From: an uncultured archaeon
GTDB taxonomy: Archaea; Thermoproteota; Bathyarchaeia; Bathyarchaeales; Bathycorpusculaceae
Length of the DNA: 64,000 nt
Direction: 5' to 3'
Assembly: GCA_963782915.1 (NCBI GenBank)
Contig: CAWALK010000015.1
Location: forward strand, 128,001 to 192,000
Shown here: positions 52,052-61,646 of the stretch, piece by piece
Layout of the letters: the number at the start of each line of letters is the position of its first letter
Numbering within the stretch: the stretch's first letter is position 1
Translations under genes and position numbers: made by a program
The notes under the pieces: model-generated
Databases searched by the model: none
Told to the model about the DNA's origin: nothing
The model's input: only the letters and a program-made list of their open reading frames with translations

Positions 52052-52464
52052 AACTCTTTTAGATTCAAAATACATGTTACACTTTCATAAAGGCTTTCCC
52101 TATCATCCACATAAAGGATTAGGTATAGGTGAATTCGAATGCTTAACTATCGAAGTTTTGAAGAGTATAAGCATTGGTGAAATGCTGATTTTCGCATGTT
52201 TTTTTGATAGCGATAGCTGGGCTATATACTGGTCAATTATGCAGCTATTTTTGTTTTGAATTTTAATTATTTTTAGACGAACCAATACGAAGTATTACTA
52301 TCAGCGAGAAAATTTATGTTGACTTTCTCAATTATTTTCGGAAAGCTGACTTTTTTACCGAATAACATTTAAGTCACTTAATACGTTCGAATTCTGAGTA
52401 CTGCTGGAAGGGCTTGTCCTTTTGTTAGTCTGACATGTCTACATTGAAGTGAAAGGAAGAAAAG

Positions 52465-54365
52465 ATGAGACGCTCGCAACTTGTAACTATACTAGTCGTT
52501 ACAACAATAATAGTAGGGATACTGAGTGTTTATTCAGCGGATAACAGAGTTAGCGCTACAATTGTTAAACCCTCTGTTGATACAACAAGCAATAGTCACC
52601 AAATTAATTCAATCTCAACTACATATTCAGCCTCAATAACAATAACACCAAGCGCAATCAAGGAGATAATTTACGCTACAGTTTACAGCGCCAGCGGAAA
52701 AGATTACACGCTAAGCATATCTTCGCCTTCTTCTCCTTCTTTATCCTGGAACAATCGAGGCGATAAAAGTACTGATGATGGCGAAATGGCTGCTTGGTGG
52801 GCAGTTTCTTTATCCACTAAACCGATAACGATTACGTTTACTTCAGACAAAAAGACGAGCCTTGTAGTGTCAGCTTTTTGTGTAATAAACGCAGATACAA
52901 CAACACCATTTGAACAAGATACCTTTGGGTATAATTCAGGCAAATCGGCAGTTGCATCTGCATCAATCACAACCAACAACCCCCATTGTCTAGTTGTTGG
53001 GGCAGTAGCATTTAGCGGAGCTAGCACCGTTACTATCGGAGAGGGTTATACTGAAATTACTAACACTGGAACGTCACCCTCAGGTGCAAGTGAATACCTT
53101 ATTACTACAGCCAAAGAGGGAAATACTCTAACCTTTACGCCAAGGATATGAGTTGGGTAGAGATAGTTGACGCTTTTGTACCTGCTTCAAAATCGATAAC
53201 AATATCATCGAATCCCCGAACAGGCGCTGGATTCATAACCGTTAATGGAATCACACAAACTACGCCTTATACGGCAAGTTATACCCCGGAACAGTTCTTG
53301 CACTATCAGCCATTAGCCCAGTATCAGGAGGTACCGGAATACGGCATGTTTTTTCAAGTTGGAGCGATGGTCTTGGCCAAACACATGACTATATTGTTCA
53401 AAGTGCATCTGAAACTATCACTGCAAACTACCAAACACAGTACCAGATCAACTTTTGCTCAAACGGGGTTAGATAGCACAGTAGCCAGCACTACTTTAAC
53501 AGGCGAAATTTTGAATGTTAATGGGACATCTATTCATTATGCAGGTTTACCATATTCTATTTGGGTAAACAGCGGAGACCGCTTAGTTTACACTTACAAC
53601 GCTACCTGCGCAAGCACTGCTACCGGGAAACAATTTAGTCTCAGTACAGTGTCGGCAACATCCCCTTTAACGGATATATCAAGTTCACAGACCGTTACTG
53701 CAACTTACCAAACACAGTACCAAGTAACATTTGCATCTAACCCATCTGGTAGCGGTTCTATTGACCAAGCTAACGGTTATTACACCACAGGTTCATTAAC
53801 AGCCATAACTGCAACTGCAAACGGCGACTATATTTTTAGTCACTGGAGCAATACGGGAAGCATCTCTTTTACAGATACAACCACTGCCACAACAACTATG
53901 ACAGTCAACGGTATCGGAACGGTTACAGCACACTTCACACAAAAAGCCACAACATCCCTAACCATAGCATCCAACTTAGAGACCGTTGACAAAGGCAACC
54001 CAATAACAATATCAGGCACCCTAACCAGTGAAGGAACAACGCTTTCAGGAAAAACAATAGTAATCAGCTACTATAACGGTACACATTTGCTCGAAGTAGG
54101 CACCACATTAACTCAGGCAGATGGAACCTACCACTATGTATGGACGGTACCTGCATCCTTGCCTAATGGTCAATACATAGTCAAGGCAGATTTTGCGGGG
54201 GACAGCCAATTTTTAGATTGCAGTTCGGCAGATTCAGGTGGTAATCTATCAGTCAATGTATTGCCCGAGTATGCTTTCGGCGGATTAACAGCGATGATAA
54301 TCTGCTTGGCCGCTATGATGCTTTTCTTTAAACGGAACAAAGCGCCTAAATCCATTGTGAAATAG
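52465..54365 (+). CDS. S/T-rich cell-surface protein with Ig-like/InlB-B-like repeats and PEF-CTERM-like anchor (frameshifted)
   Basis: Signal peptide in ORF 52465-53151; Y.TQYQVTF, GDYIFSHWS, Big-like domain; VLPEY + TM + KRNK tail in ORF 53148-54365. Confidence 0.75.
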
Positions 54366-54499
54366 TGTCTGTATTGTCGATTTACCAGCTTAGCTCTGAT
54401 TTCAGGGTATGTCAATTACATTTGTACGAAAACGTAAATAAGTAGCCGTGTCACAAACTTAATAGCCTCTCAAATATTTGATGGGCACACCAGGTATGT

Positions 54500-54576
54500 G
54501 CCGAGGTAGCTCAGCCTGGGAGAGCGCTCGGCTGAAGACCGAGTCGTCGCATGTTCAAACCCTGCCCTCGGCACCA
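54500..54576 (+). tRNA. tRNA-Phe(GAA)
   Basis: GCCGAGGTAGCTCAGCCTGGGAGAGCGCTCGGCTGAAGACCGAGTCGTCGCATGTTCAAACCCTGCCCTCGGCACCA; one T-stem mismatch. Confidence 0.93.
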
Positions 54577-54720
54577 TCAACTTAACTTGGAATAAACCTG
54601 AGATAGGTTTACCTTCTTTTGGTTATTTAAAGAATTTGAAACCGCCTAATTGGGATCTCTTTTCGCCAATATCTGAGGTACTAGCAAATCAGTAACTTGA
54701 GGAGTTCAATTGATTTTGGC

Positions 54721-56991
54721 TTATTTCCTAATGGGTAATGTGACCATGAATTTTGTTCCTTTGTCTACTTGGCTCTCAAAGGTGATTGTGCCACCTTGAG
54801 CTTCTATGACTCGTTTGCAGACTGCTAAGCCGAACCCTTGACCTTTTGATTTGGTTGTGAATAGGGGTGTGAATATTTTTGACTTGATCTCTTCGGGAAT
54901 CCCTGTGCCAGTATCTTCTACGGAAATTTGAATTTTATCTTCATTGTTCTTCTCTGCTTTTACTGCTAACTGGCCACCTTCTGGCATAGCCTGCACAGCA
55001 TTCGTTACCAAGTTAACTAAAACTCTCTTCAGAAGCAATGGATCTGTATATGCGGTTAAGCGTTCCTGAATCAGGATGTTAACTTGAATGTTGCTTGGGA
55101 TGGCTCCCTGTGCTAAAACTGACGTGATGAGAGGGTTTAAACTGACGAATTGCTTTTGTGCTTCGACAGGCCTAACAAAAGTCTGTAAATCCAAAACTAT
55201 TTTGTCCATATAGCTAATTTGCTCTTCAATAGTTCGAACACTTTCTTGAAGGCAACTCTTATTTTCGCCTTCAGGCATTGATTCGAGTTCATTTTTAGCT
55301 AAATAGACTTCGCCAGAGATTGTCTGCAATGGATTACGCAAGTCATGCCCCACCATGCCTGCTGTTTGACCAATGTATGCCAAGCGCTCTTGACTCTTTA
55401 GCTGTTCTTGTAACACTTTCTGTTCCGTGATGTCCTCATGCAGTATAGCAATGTTAGTTACGTGACCAGATTCATCCCTTATTGGATAGATGACTGTACT
55501 TAACCATCTTTTTCTGCCCAACCCCTTGGTTGAGGGGTCCAACGCTGCGTCATACTCAAGGTCAGGAACCTTAACTATCTCCCCTGCGTATGCTCTTTTG
55601 ATAAATGGAACCCACCCGTTTTTGATAACTTGTTCACTTTGCAGAATGTTGTACTTGCCAAGAGTGAATTCCCTTGGAACCCCCCAGAGTTTATCCCAAG
55701 CAGGGTTAACTTGAACCTGAAAACCGCTCTTATCGTAGAGTTCAAAAACAACTGGAGACTGGTCGATTATTTTCTGCAATTTTTCTTCGGTTCGTCTTAA
55801 TGCTTCTTCCGCTTTCTTGCGTTCAGTAATATCAATTACTAATCCTCTTAGACCAGTGGGATGACCTTCATTAACAATAGGGTTGGCGACAATTATTGCT
55901 GGGAAAGTGCTGCCATCTTTTCTCATAACTGTAAATTCGTTGTAAGGAGTAGGTTGATTATTGAGGGTTTTCTTAAAATCATCAATTACTTTTTCTTTGT
56001 CTTGTGGAGCAATTAAATTAAAGACATCAAAGCCCTTGTCGAATTCCTCTTTTGAGTAACCTGTGATTTCAAAGCCACTGGCATTTGCGAAAAGTAGGTT
56101 GCCGTTAGCGTCAGTTTCAAACACAATTTCAGGTAAAGAATCAGCAAGACTCCTGAATCTCTCCTTTTCTATTTTTAAGGTTTCTTCAGTTTTCTTGCGT
56201 TCAGTTATGTCTCTGAAGAGTATGCCAACTTGACCTTTAGAGTAGAGGAAGTAGCTTGCATCATACCATCTTTCCGTATGCCTGTTATAGTTTTCATAAC
56301 GCATTGACTTACCTGATTTGGCAACCATACCAACAAGTGAAATCCACTCAGGCGCCAGATTTTGCTCAATCTCTTTTGCCCTCTTACCTTCAACAACGGT
56401 TTTCTTTATTCCAGTTTGGCGTTCATATGCAAGATTAACGTTCAAAAATCTAAAATCAATCGCTTTGCCAGTTTCGTCATATACGGGTTCTGCCAAAAGG
56501 AAACCGTCATCGCTATTGTCAAAAAAAGTATGATAAAATTGTTCGCTTTGTTTGAGCCTGTCCTCGGTTTTTTTACGTTCAGAGATGTCTCGAACGACGC
56601 CAAGAAAACTTGTTGGTTTTCCGTTCTTATCGTATAGCGCAGTTACTGAGATTTCGGCGTAAAAAGTAGAGTTATCCTTCCTTAGAACGCCAACTTGGTT
56701 CAGTACTTTTCCCGTTTGAAGTACCTTAAGGGCTCCTTCCATTGCCCGCTGTCTATCTTCTGGAACTACGATGTCGTAAACGTTTTTTCCTATCAACTCT
56801 TCTCTAGTTAAACCTAACTGCTTATATGAAGCCTTGTTACAGTCCAAAATTTTTCCTTCTAGCCCTACTATCGTTACACCGTCTTCTATGGCGTCGATAA
56901 TATTCTGATGCTTTTCTTGGTCGTATTTCAAAGCATCTTGGATTTCATTACAATTCACAAAATAAGACCTATTTTGTTGCGTATCAGGCAC
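54721..56991 (-). CDS. Soluble multi-PAS sensor histidine kinase
   Basis: Four PAS/PAC units ending in DISER/DITE; GHDLRNPL H-box, NLVTNAVQA, EDTGTGI, F.P.FTTK..GQGFGL. Confidence 0.96.
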   Translation of the reverse strand: MPDTQQNRSYFVNCNEIQDALKYDQEKHQNIIDAIEDGVTIVGLEGKILDCNKASYKQLGLTREELIGKNVYDIVVPEDRQRAMEGALKVLQTGKVLNQVGVLRKDNSTFYAEISVTALYDKNGKPTSFLGVVRDISERKKTEDRLKQSEQFYHTFFDNSDDGFLLAEPVYDETGKAIDFRFLNVNLAYERQTGIKKTVVEGKRAKEIEQNLAPEWISLVGMVAKSGKSMRYENYNRHTERWYDASYFLYSKGQVGILFRDITERKKTEETLKIEKERFRSLADSLPEIVFETDANGNLLFANASGFEITGYSKEEFDKGFDVFNLIAPQDKEKVIDDFKKTLNNQPTPYNEFTVMRKDGSTFPAIIVANPIVNEGHPTGLRGLVIDITERKKAEEALRRTEEKLQKIIDQSPVVFELYDKSGFQVQVNPAWDKLWGVPREFTLGKYNILQSEQVIKNGWVPFIKRAYAGEIVKVPDLEYDAALDPSTKGLGRKRWLSTVIYPIRDESGHVTNIAILHEDITEQKVLQEQLKSQERLAYIGQTAGMVGHDLRNPLQTISGEVYLAKNELESMPEGENKSCLQESVRTIEEQISYMDKIVLDLQTFVRPVEAQKQFVSLNPLITSVLAQGAIPSNIQVNILIQERLTAYTDPLLLKRVLVNLVTNAVQAMPEGGQLAVKAEKNNEDKIQISVEDTGTGIPEEIKSKIFTPLFTTKSKGQGFGLAVCKRVIEAQGGTITFESQVDKGTKFMVTLPIRK

Positions 56992-57236
56992 TCTAAAAAA
57001 TATGTAAGTTAATAATTAATAAACTATTGCACGTAAGGCGCGAATGGTTGGTTGCTTAGCTATTTTGCTCCTTAAGACAGTCAGATAATAGGCAGAATTG
57101 TTCATGTTTTAAGATATGGTAAACCAAGTGTTTGTTTCTATATGTAAGTCCTTAGTGATGAAACCTATAGGTAGAATATTTTTTTTAGTAAGAGACCTCT
57201 TGCCAAGCCACTTATTAGAAAAAAAGCCTAACACGA

Positions 57237-57496
57237 CCAAACCAACCAATAGTTTCGTTCGAAAACAACTGCAAACAAAACCGCCATAGAATCCAACAAA
57301 CCCTTAACCTCCCAATCAGAAAGACTGCGCCCATACAATTCCAGAGCAACCAGCTATGCAGTTGTTTAGCCTATAAATAAGGGAGGGGGTAGGTGCTGAG
57401 AGCAAAAGACCACCTTTGGTTTGCTTTGGTTATTTACTTAACCATTGGTTGTTGTTGTGTATAGAAGGTTTTCGCCAACAACACACTGATAAAGAA
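57237..57496 (+). repeat. Dispersed non-coding repeat, long copy 2
   Basis: Homologous to the reverse complement of 20783-21042. Confidence 0.85.
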
Positions 57497-57907
57497 CCCA
57501 AAATTTTGAGCCATTGGAAAGGGCGCGGTGGTTGGCGGACGATTATTCGCGAATGGGCTATGATAGTGGCCGATTTCATTGTGCTTTTTAGTGATTGCAA
57601 ATGCTTTCACGGCAGAATAGCAGCCAATACATGCTTTCACATCCACGCGGCGGCGGCTTCGTGCATAGAGCCATGCAGGGCATGTGGAGAAAAACAGATT
57701 ATCCCACACCGAAACAGACGCAGAAAAGCAATGCAGCCGCCAAACGCAACGCAATCCTCAAACAGTCTTGTGGAAAATTAAAAACCGCCACACCCACATA
57801 AAGACAAAAAAATATTTCAACCATCAAAGAAGCTGACAAGCTGAAAATTTAAAACCAATCGCTTTATTACCCAAAAGCTGCTTTGGCTAAAGACGCGAGG
57901 CTTCACA

Positions 57908-58459
57908 ATGGAATTAGACGTTTGCATTAAAGGCAGAAGAAGCGTTAGAGCTTACACAGAAGAACCAGTTTCCAAAGAGCAAATGGAAGCTGTTTTGGAA
58001 GCGGGTACTTGGGCACCTACTGGTATGGACCGCCAACCATGGCGATTCATCATAATCGAAGACAAGAACCTAATCAAACTGGTTTCCGACGAAACCAAAA
58101 CCTTAGTTAAACAAGCCATGCCGCCCATTGCGGAGAGGTTTTCCACTGACGCAGACATAATCTGCTACAACGCACCCACGCTAGTACTGGTCTGTACCGA
58201 AAAAGACCCTCAATGGACAAACGTGAATCTCCTTGACAGCGTTTTAGCAGCGCAGAACATGTTCCTCAAAGCCTATGAATTGGGGCTTGGAACCTGCTAT
58301 ATGGGTTTTGTACAGCTACTAAACAATAAACCCGATGTGTTGCGCAAACTCGGTGTTCCCGAAAACTGCGAAATGACCGTGCCCTTCATAATTGGTCACC
58401 CTAAAACTAAACAGGGCAATGGAAAAAGGCAAAAACCCAACATTCTAAAATGGGTATAA
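57908..58459 (+). CDS. Nitroreductase family protein
   Basis: RRSVRAY, WAPTG...QPWRF, AAQNMFL.A..LGLGTC. Confidence 0.95.
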   Translation: MELDVCIKGRRSVRAYTEEPVSKEQMEAVLEAGTWAPTGMDRQPWRFIIIEDKNLIKLVSDETKTLVKQAMPPIAERFSTDADIICYNAPTLVLVCTEKDPQWTNVNLLDSVLAAQNMFLKAYELGLGTCYMGFVQLLNNKPDVLRKLGVPENCEMTVPFIIGHPKTKQGNGKRQKPNILKWV

Positions 58460-58460
58460 G

Positions 58461-59072
58461 CTAAACTAATTGGCTTTTGCCACCACTTATTTTCTTTCCT
58501 TTAGGCATAACAATCCCCAATTGAGGGTCGCCGTAAATGATCGCGTTTCCTTCCAAAAACAGTTTGCCAACATAAGCAATCGTAACAGCATCCAATTCAT
58601 GGTCACTCATACCTGCATGTAACCCTTCTATGCCAAGTTTTTCCAAACCAGCCCTCATTTTTTCGAGTCCCTGCTGTTTTCTTGGAATCCCCCAAACATC
58701 CTGAGCGCCGCCAGGGTAAGCCTCCAAAACCCTAAAACCCATTCCCTCGAAAATTTCTCTCAATTTTATGCCACGCACGGTTAATTTCCGCATAGGCCCC
58801 AAAGTGATTGGGAAAAGTTTGATACCCATCTTTAGAAGCACCCGATCGCTTTCCCTTAAATGGTTGCCTGTTCGTTCCTCGATGGATTTTCTTCCAGGCG
58901 GCAAGCTTAAGGGTGCATCTATAGCGATTACTTGGGGATGGGCATCGACTGTTTTTTGTATGATTTCTTTGTCTGTAAATAGGTCGCTTGTTTCTGCTTT
59001 CATGTCGGTGAGTATGCAGAATCCTGTGGGTCTTGTTTCGACTCCTGCCAAATCTAACCCAACAATCGACAT
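58461..59072 (-). CDS. DUF429 domain protein (RNase H-like fold)
   Basis: VGLDLAG...PTG, IAIDAPLSLP, EAYPG, HELDA. Confidence 0.88.
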   Translation of the reverse strand: MSIVGLDLAGVETRPTGFCILTDMKAETSDLFTDKEIIQKTVDAHPQVIAIDAPLSLPPGRKSIEERTGNHLRESDRVLLKMGIKLFPITLGPMRKLTVRGIKLREIFEGMGFRVLEAYPGGAQDVWGIPRKQQGLEKMRAGLEKLGIEGLHAGMSDHELDAVTIAYVGKLFLEGNAIIYGDPQLGIVMPKGKKISGGKSQLV

Positions 59073-59230
59073 CTATAACCCTCGTAACATAGGCGGATGG
59101 GATAGTAATTCTTAACCATTGCCCACCGCAAACATCCATCAAACGCTCGCTTGCTAACATAAAAAACCCTGTTTTATTCATTAATTTACCATAAAAAAGC
59201 GCCATTTTAGCCTTAATAGAAGCAAGCTAT

Positions 59231-59247
59231 CGAAAGTGTTTTAAATA
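59231..59247 (+). promoter_or_regulatory. BRE-TATA promoter of the Cren7-like gene
   Basis: CGAAAG-TG-TTTTAAATA about 30 bp upstream of ATG 59278. Confidence 0.65.
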
Positions 59248-59277
59248 CATACATACGATAACGTTGACCAAGAGGAA

Positions 59278-59448
59278 ATGTCCATGGCAAAATGCCCCAC
59301 TTGTGGAAAAGAAGTTAAAACAGCAAAGAAAACATGGAAGATGGCTGGAAAACCAGACAAAAAAGGAAAACGTACCCAATTAACCATCGCACTCTATGAC
59401 TGTTGCGGCAAAACGTTCCGCGAAGTTCTAGACAAGAAAAAAATCTAA
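59278..59448 (+). CDS. Cren7-like chromatin protein with Cys pairs (56 aa)
   Basis: Not in ORF track. MSMAKCPTCGKEVKTAKKTWKMAGKPDKKGKRTQLTIALYDCCGKTFREVLDKKKI; strong promoter and T-rich terminator. Confidence 0.75.
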   Translation: MSMAKCPTCGKEVKTAKKTWKMAGKPDKKGKRTQLTIALYDCCGKTFREVLDKKKI

Positions 59449-59585
59449 ACGAGAAACTTCCATATTTTCTTTTTTCTCTTATTTTCCAAAGACTTCCATT
59501 TCTGAATGTTGTGGTTGTGCCTCTGCTACCAACAAACGTTTAATTGCTTAGTTAACAGCCAAGTCCTTGGGGAAGGAAGTATTTT

Positions 59586-59912
59586 TTGCCATTTAACAGA
59601 AAACGGGACCGTATACAAATTATAGCTGAAATATTAGGCCTCTGCAGAAGCCCTCAAACTCAAACCTACATTCGCCGCCAAACCAGCATATCATATGCTG
59701 TGCTTCAAAGTTGCATCATGCAGTTGCTTATGCGGCAATGGCTTTTGCAAGTGGACGTAGAGTGTGGACAAAAAAAGTTGGCGATCACGGATAAAGGGGT
59801 AGCTTTTTTGGATAAATGGCTGGAACTGCAGAAACTCGCTGGGTTAAAGAGTAAGCGAATGCAAATTGTGCCGCCATCTGAATTTCAAGCAGTTAAGGTA
59901 TCTTGCCGCTAA
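59586..59912 (+). CDS. Winged-helix protein (HTH_45-like)
   Basis: RDRIQIIAEIL..C....T.I......SY, ITDKG..FL. Confidence 0.8.
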   Translation: MPFNRKRDRIQIIAEILGLCRSPQTQTYIRRQTSISYAVLQSCIMQLLMRQWLLQVDVECGQKKLAITDKGVAFLDKWLELQKLAGLKSKRMQIVPPSEFQAVKVSCR

Positions 59913-59935
59913 TCAAAGTGCAAAGGGTAATTTTC

Positions 59936-60574
59936 TCATTCTAAAATGGCTTCTAAGCGTTCAGGAAACAAACCGTTAACCACAATGCAATCTATTGGCC
60001 ACTGACCAAGGAGTTTAGGTAATGCTTTATCGACACTTGTTCGTTGCTTCAGTGCTAAAAGCGCAGTTGGACCGATTTTTTTGATTAATTCCGCATTTTT
60101 CGCTGTCTTTGGGTCAGCTGTGAATATGCCATCAACATCTGTACACAACAAAACCTTGCTTGCATTTAGCCGATGCGCTATGTAGAGGGCGATAGAGTCA
60201 GAGGTTACATCCCACGAATTCTCCAGCGGATCCTCAAGAAACATCATGTTTGAGGGCAAAAAAATCGGCAAATTACCCGTATCCAAAGCGTCTTTTGCAT
60301 CCTTGAACGTTCTAACCTCTACCGAGTTAGAAACTAAATCTGCAAGAAGCATGCCAAATTGGTCCATTCCCAAAATTGCCATCCGATGAGATGCCTTACA
60401 GGACAGGTTAAAGCGTTTATCAGCAGTTCTGACAACATCTGCGAATTCGCCGCCCCCAGGAACAATTACCAGCGGATGCTTCTTTGAGAGCCCAGATAAT
60501 ATTTTCATTAAAACAGATAGTTTTTCGGGATTACTTGCTAAGCTGCCGCCGACTTTTACCACCGTTATTTCCAT
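59936..60574 (-). CDS. mfnE: Amino-acid-kinase family, MfnE-like kinase of methanofuran biosynthesis
   Basis: VVKVGGSL, IVPGGG.FAD.VR, HRMAILGMDQ, SWDVTSDSIA, TDVDG; operon context. Confidence 0.8.
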   Translation of the reverse strand: MEITVVKVGGSLASNPEKLSVLMKILSGLSKKHPLVIVPGGGEFADVVRTADKRFNLSCKASHRMAILGMDQFGMLLADLVSNSVEVRTFKDAKDALDTGNLPIFLPSNMMFLEDPLENSWDVTSDSIALYIAHRLNASKVLLCTDVDGIFTADPKTAKNAELIKKIGPTALLALKQRTSVDKALPKLLGQWPIDCIVVNGLFPERLEAILE

Positions 60575-61636
60575 AGGATTGTTTCTCCGCATTGTTTGGT
60601 TGCAGCCATGAATGCTACACCGACTGCTGGCGTTGCCAAAACTGCTTCTTTAGGCAGCAAAGCATCCAAATCGATTATTTCGCCAATCGCCTATTGATTC
60701 AGCGGCTTTTTTTGCTAGAAAATCTTTGCCAAGACCCAGTGACAACAAGTGGAACTTTCAGTGTGGGTTACCGTTTTTGTGTCGTGTATACACCTTTGTT
60801 AGACTTCAGCGATTTGCTTGATTTGCTGTTGGTAAACATAATCCGCCAAATCAAAAATTTCTTGTTTAGTCAACATATCCGTGTCTGCACATACCACTCT
60901 GGATAGACGAGCCATGGCTTCCTGCACGGTTTTTCCTCGTCCATCAGCAGTTTCAGACGTAAAATCTTCAACGGCAAGGTGACCTAATAACAAGTGAATG
61001 TCGCCTGAAGTAGCAAAAAGCTCAGAAGACACAGCTGCAACACCATCTCGTATGGGAATCGAATGAACAATTGCCGCTATATTGGTTCGCAAGCTGCCCG
61101 TGTAGACGAGTTCTCCGCAGATTAGTTTGTCAAGGTCAGTTTTTCCCTTCGCAACAACCTTGCCATTAACGATTGGAATTATGCTTGTACTTGTACTGCC
61201 AACATCCACTACCACGGCATTTTGGATATGTTTGGCTACTATCCAGCCTGTGGCTGCCCAATTAGCCGAAGCAACAGTAATTGGCTTCTCCAGGGCAACC
61301 TGAGACGAAATCATCTCGCCATCAGAGTTTAAAACGAACATGGGCACCTTTGGAAAAGCAGTTTGAACACAAGATAAAATTTGGTTAACGCCTTCCCGTT
61401 TAGTTTGATATGCATCTGACAATTCAGCAGTCATAGTTACGACCCAAAACATCCAACGAAGCAGCACCCAACCGAGCTTTAAGCGCTAAAAGCACAGAGC
61501 CAAGCTTTTGGGGGTCTTTCCAAACAGGAAAATATTCAGAAGCAACCCTCAAACAAACCGCTCTATTGCCCTCTATATGCAGAAATGCAGCTTTGGTATT
61601 GGCGCCGCCAATATCGAAGCCTAACACGTCAACCAA
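60565..61636 (-). CDS. mfnF: MfnF-like (hydantoinase A family) protein (two or more frameshifts)
   Basis: GFDIGGANTK, TMTAELSD....K.EGV, ASANW.A, DVGSTST, ELVYTG..RTN, ARLSRVVCAD. Confidence 0.82.
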
Positions 61637-61646
61637 ACAGGTTTCC

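Noticed and set aside
57416-57801. ORFs of 68-121 aa overlapping or next to the 57.2-57.5-kb repeat
   Set aside because: No motifs and no conserved counterpart in the 20.8-kb copy.
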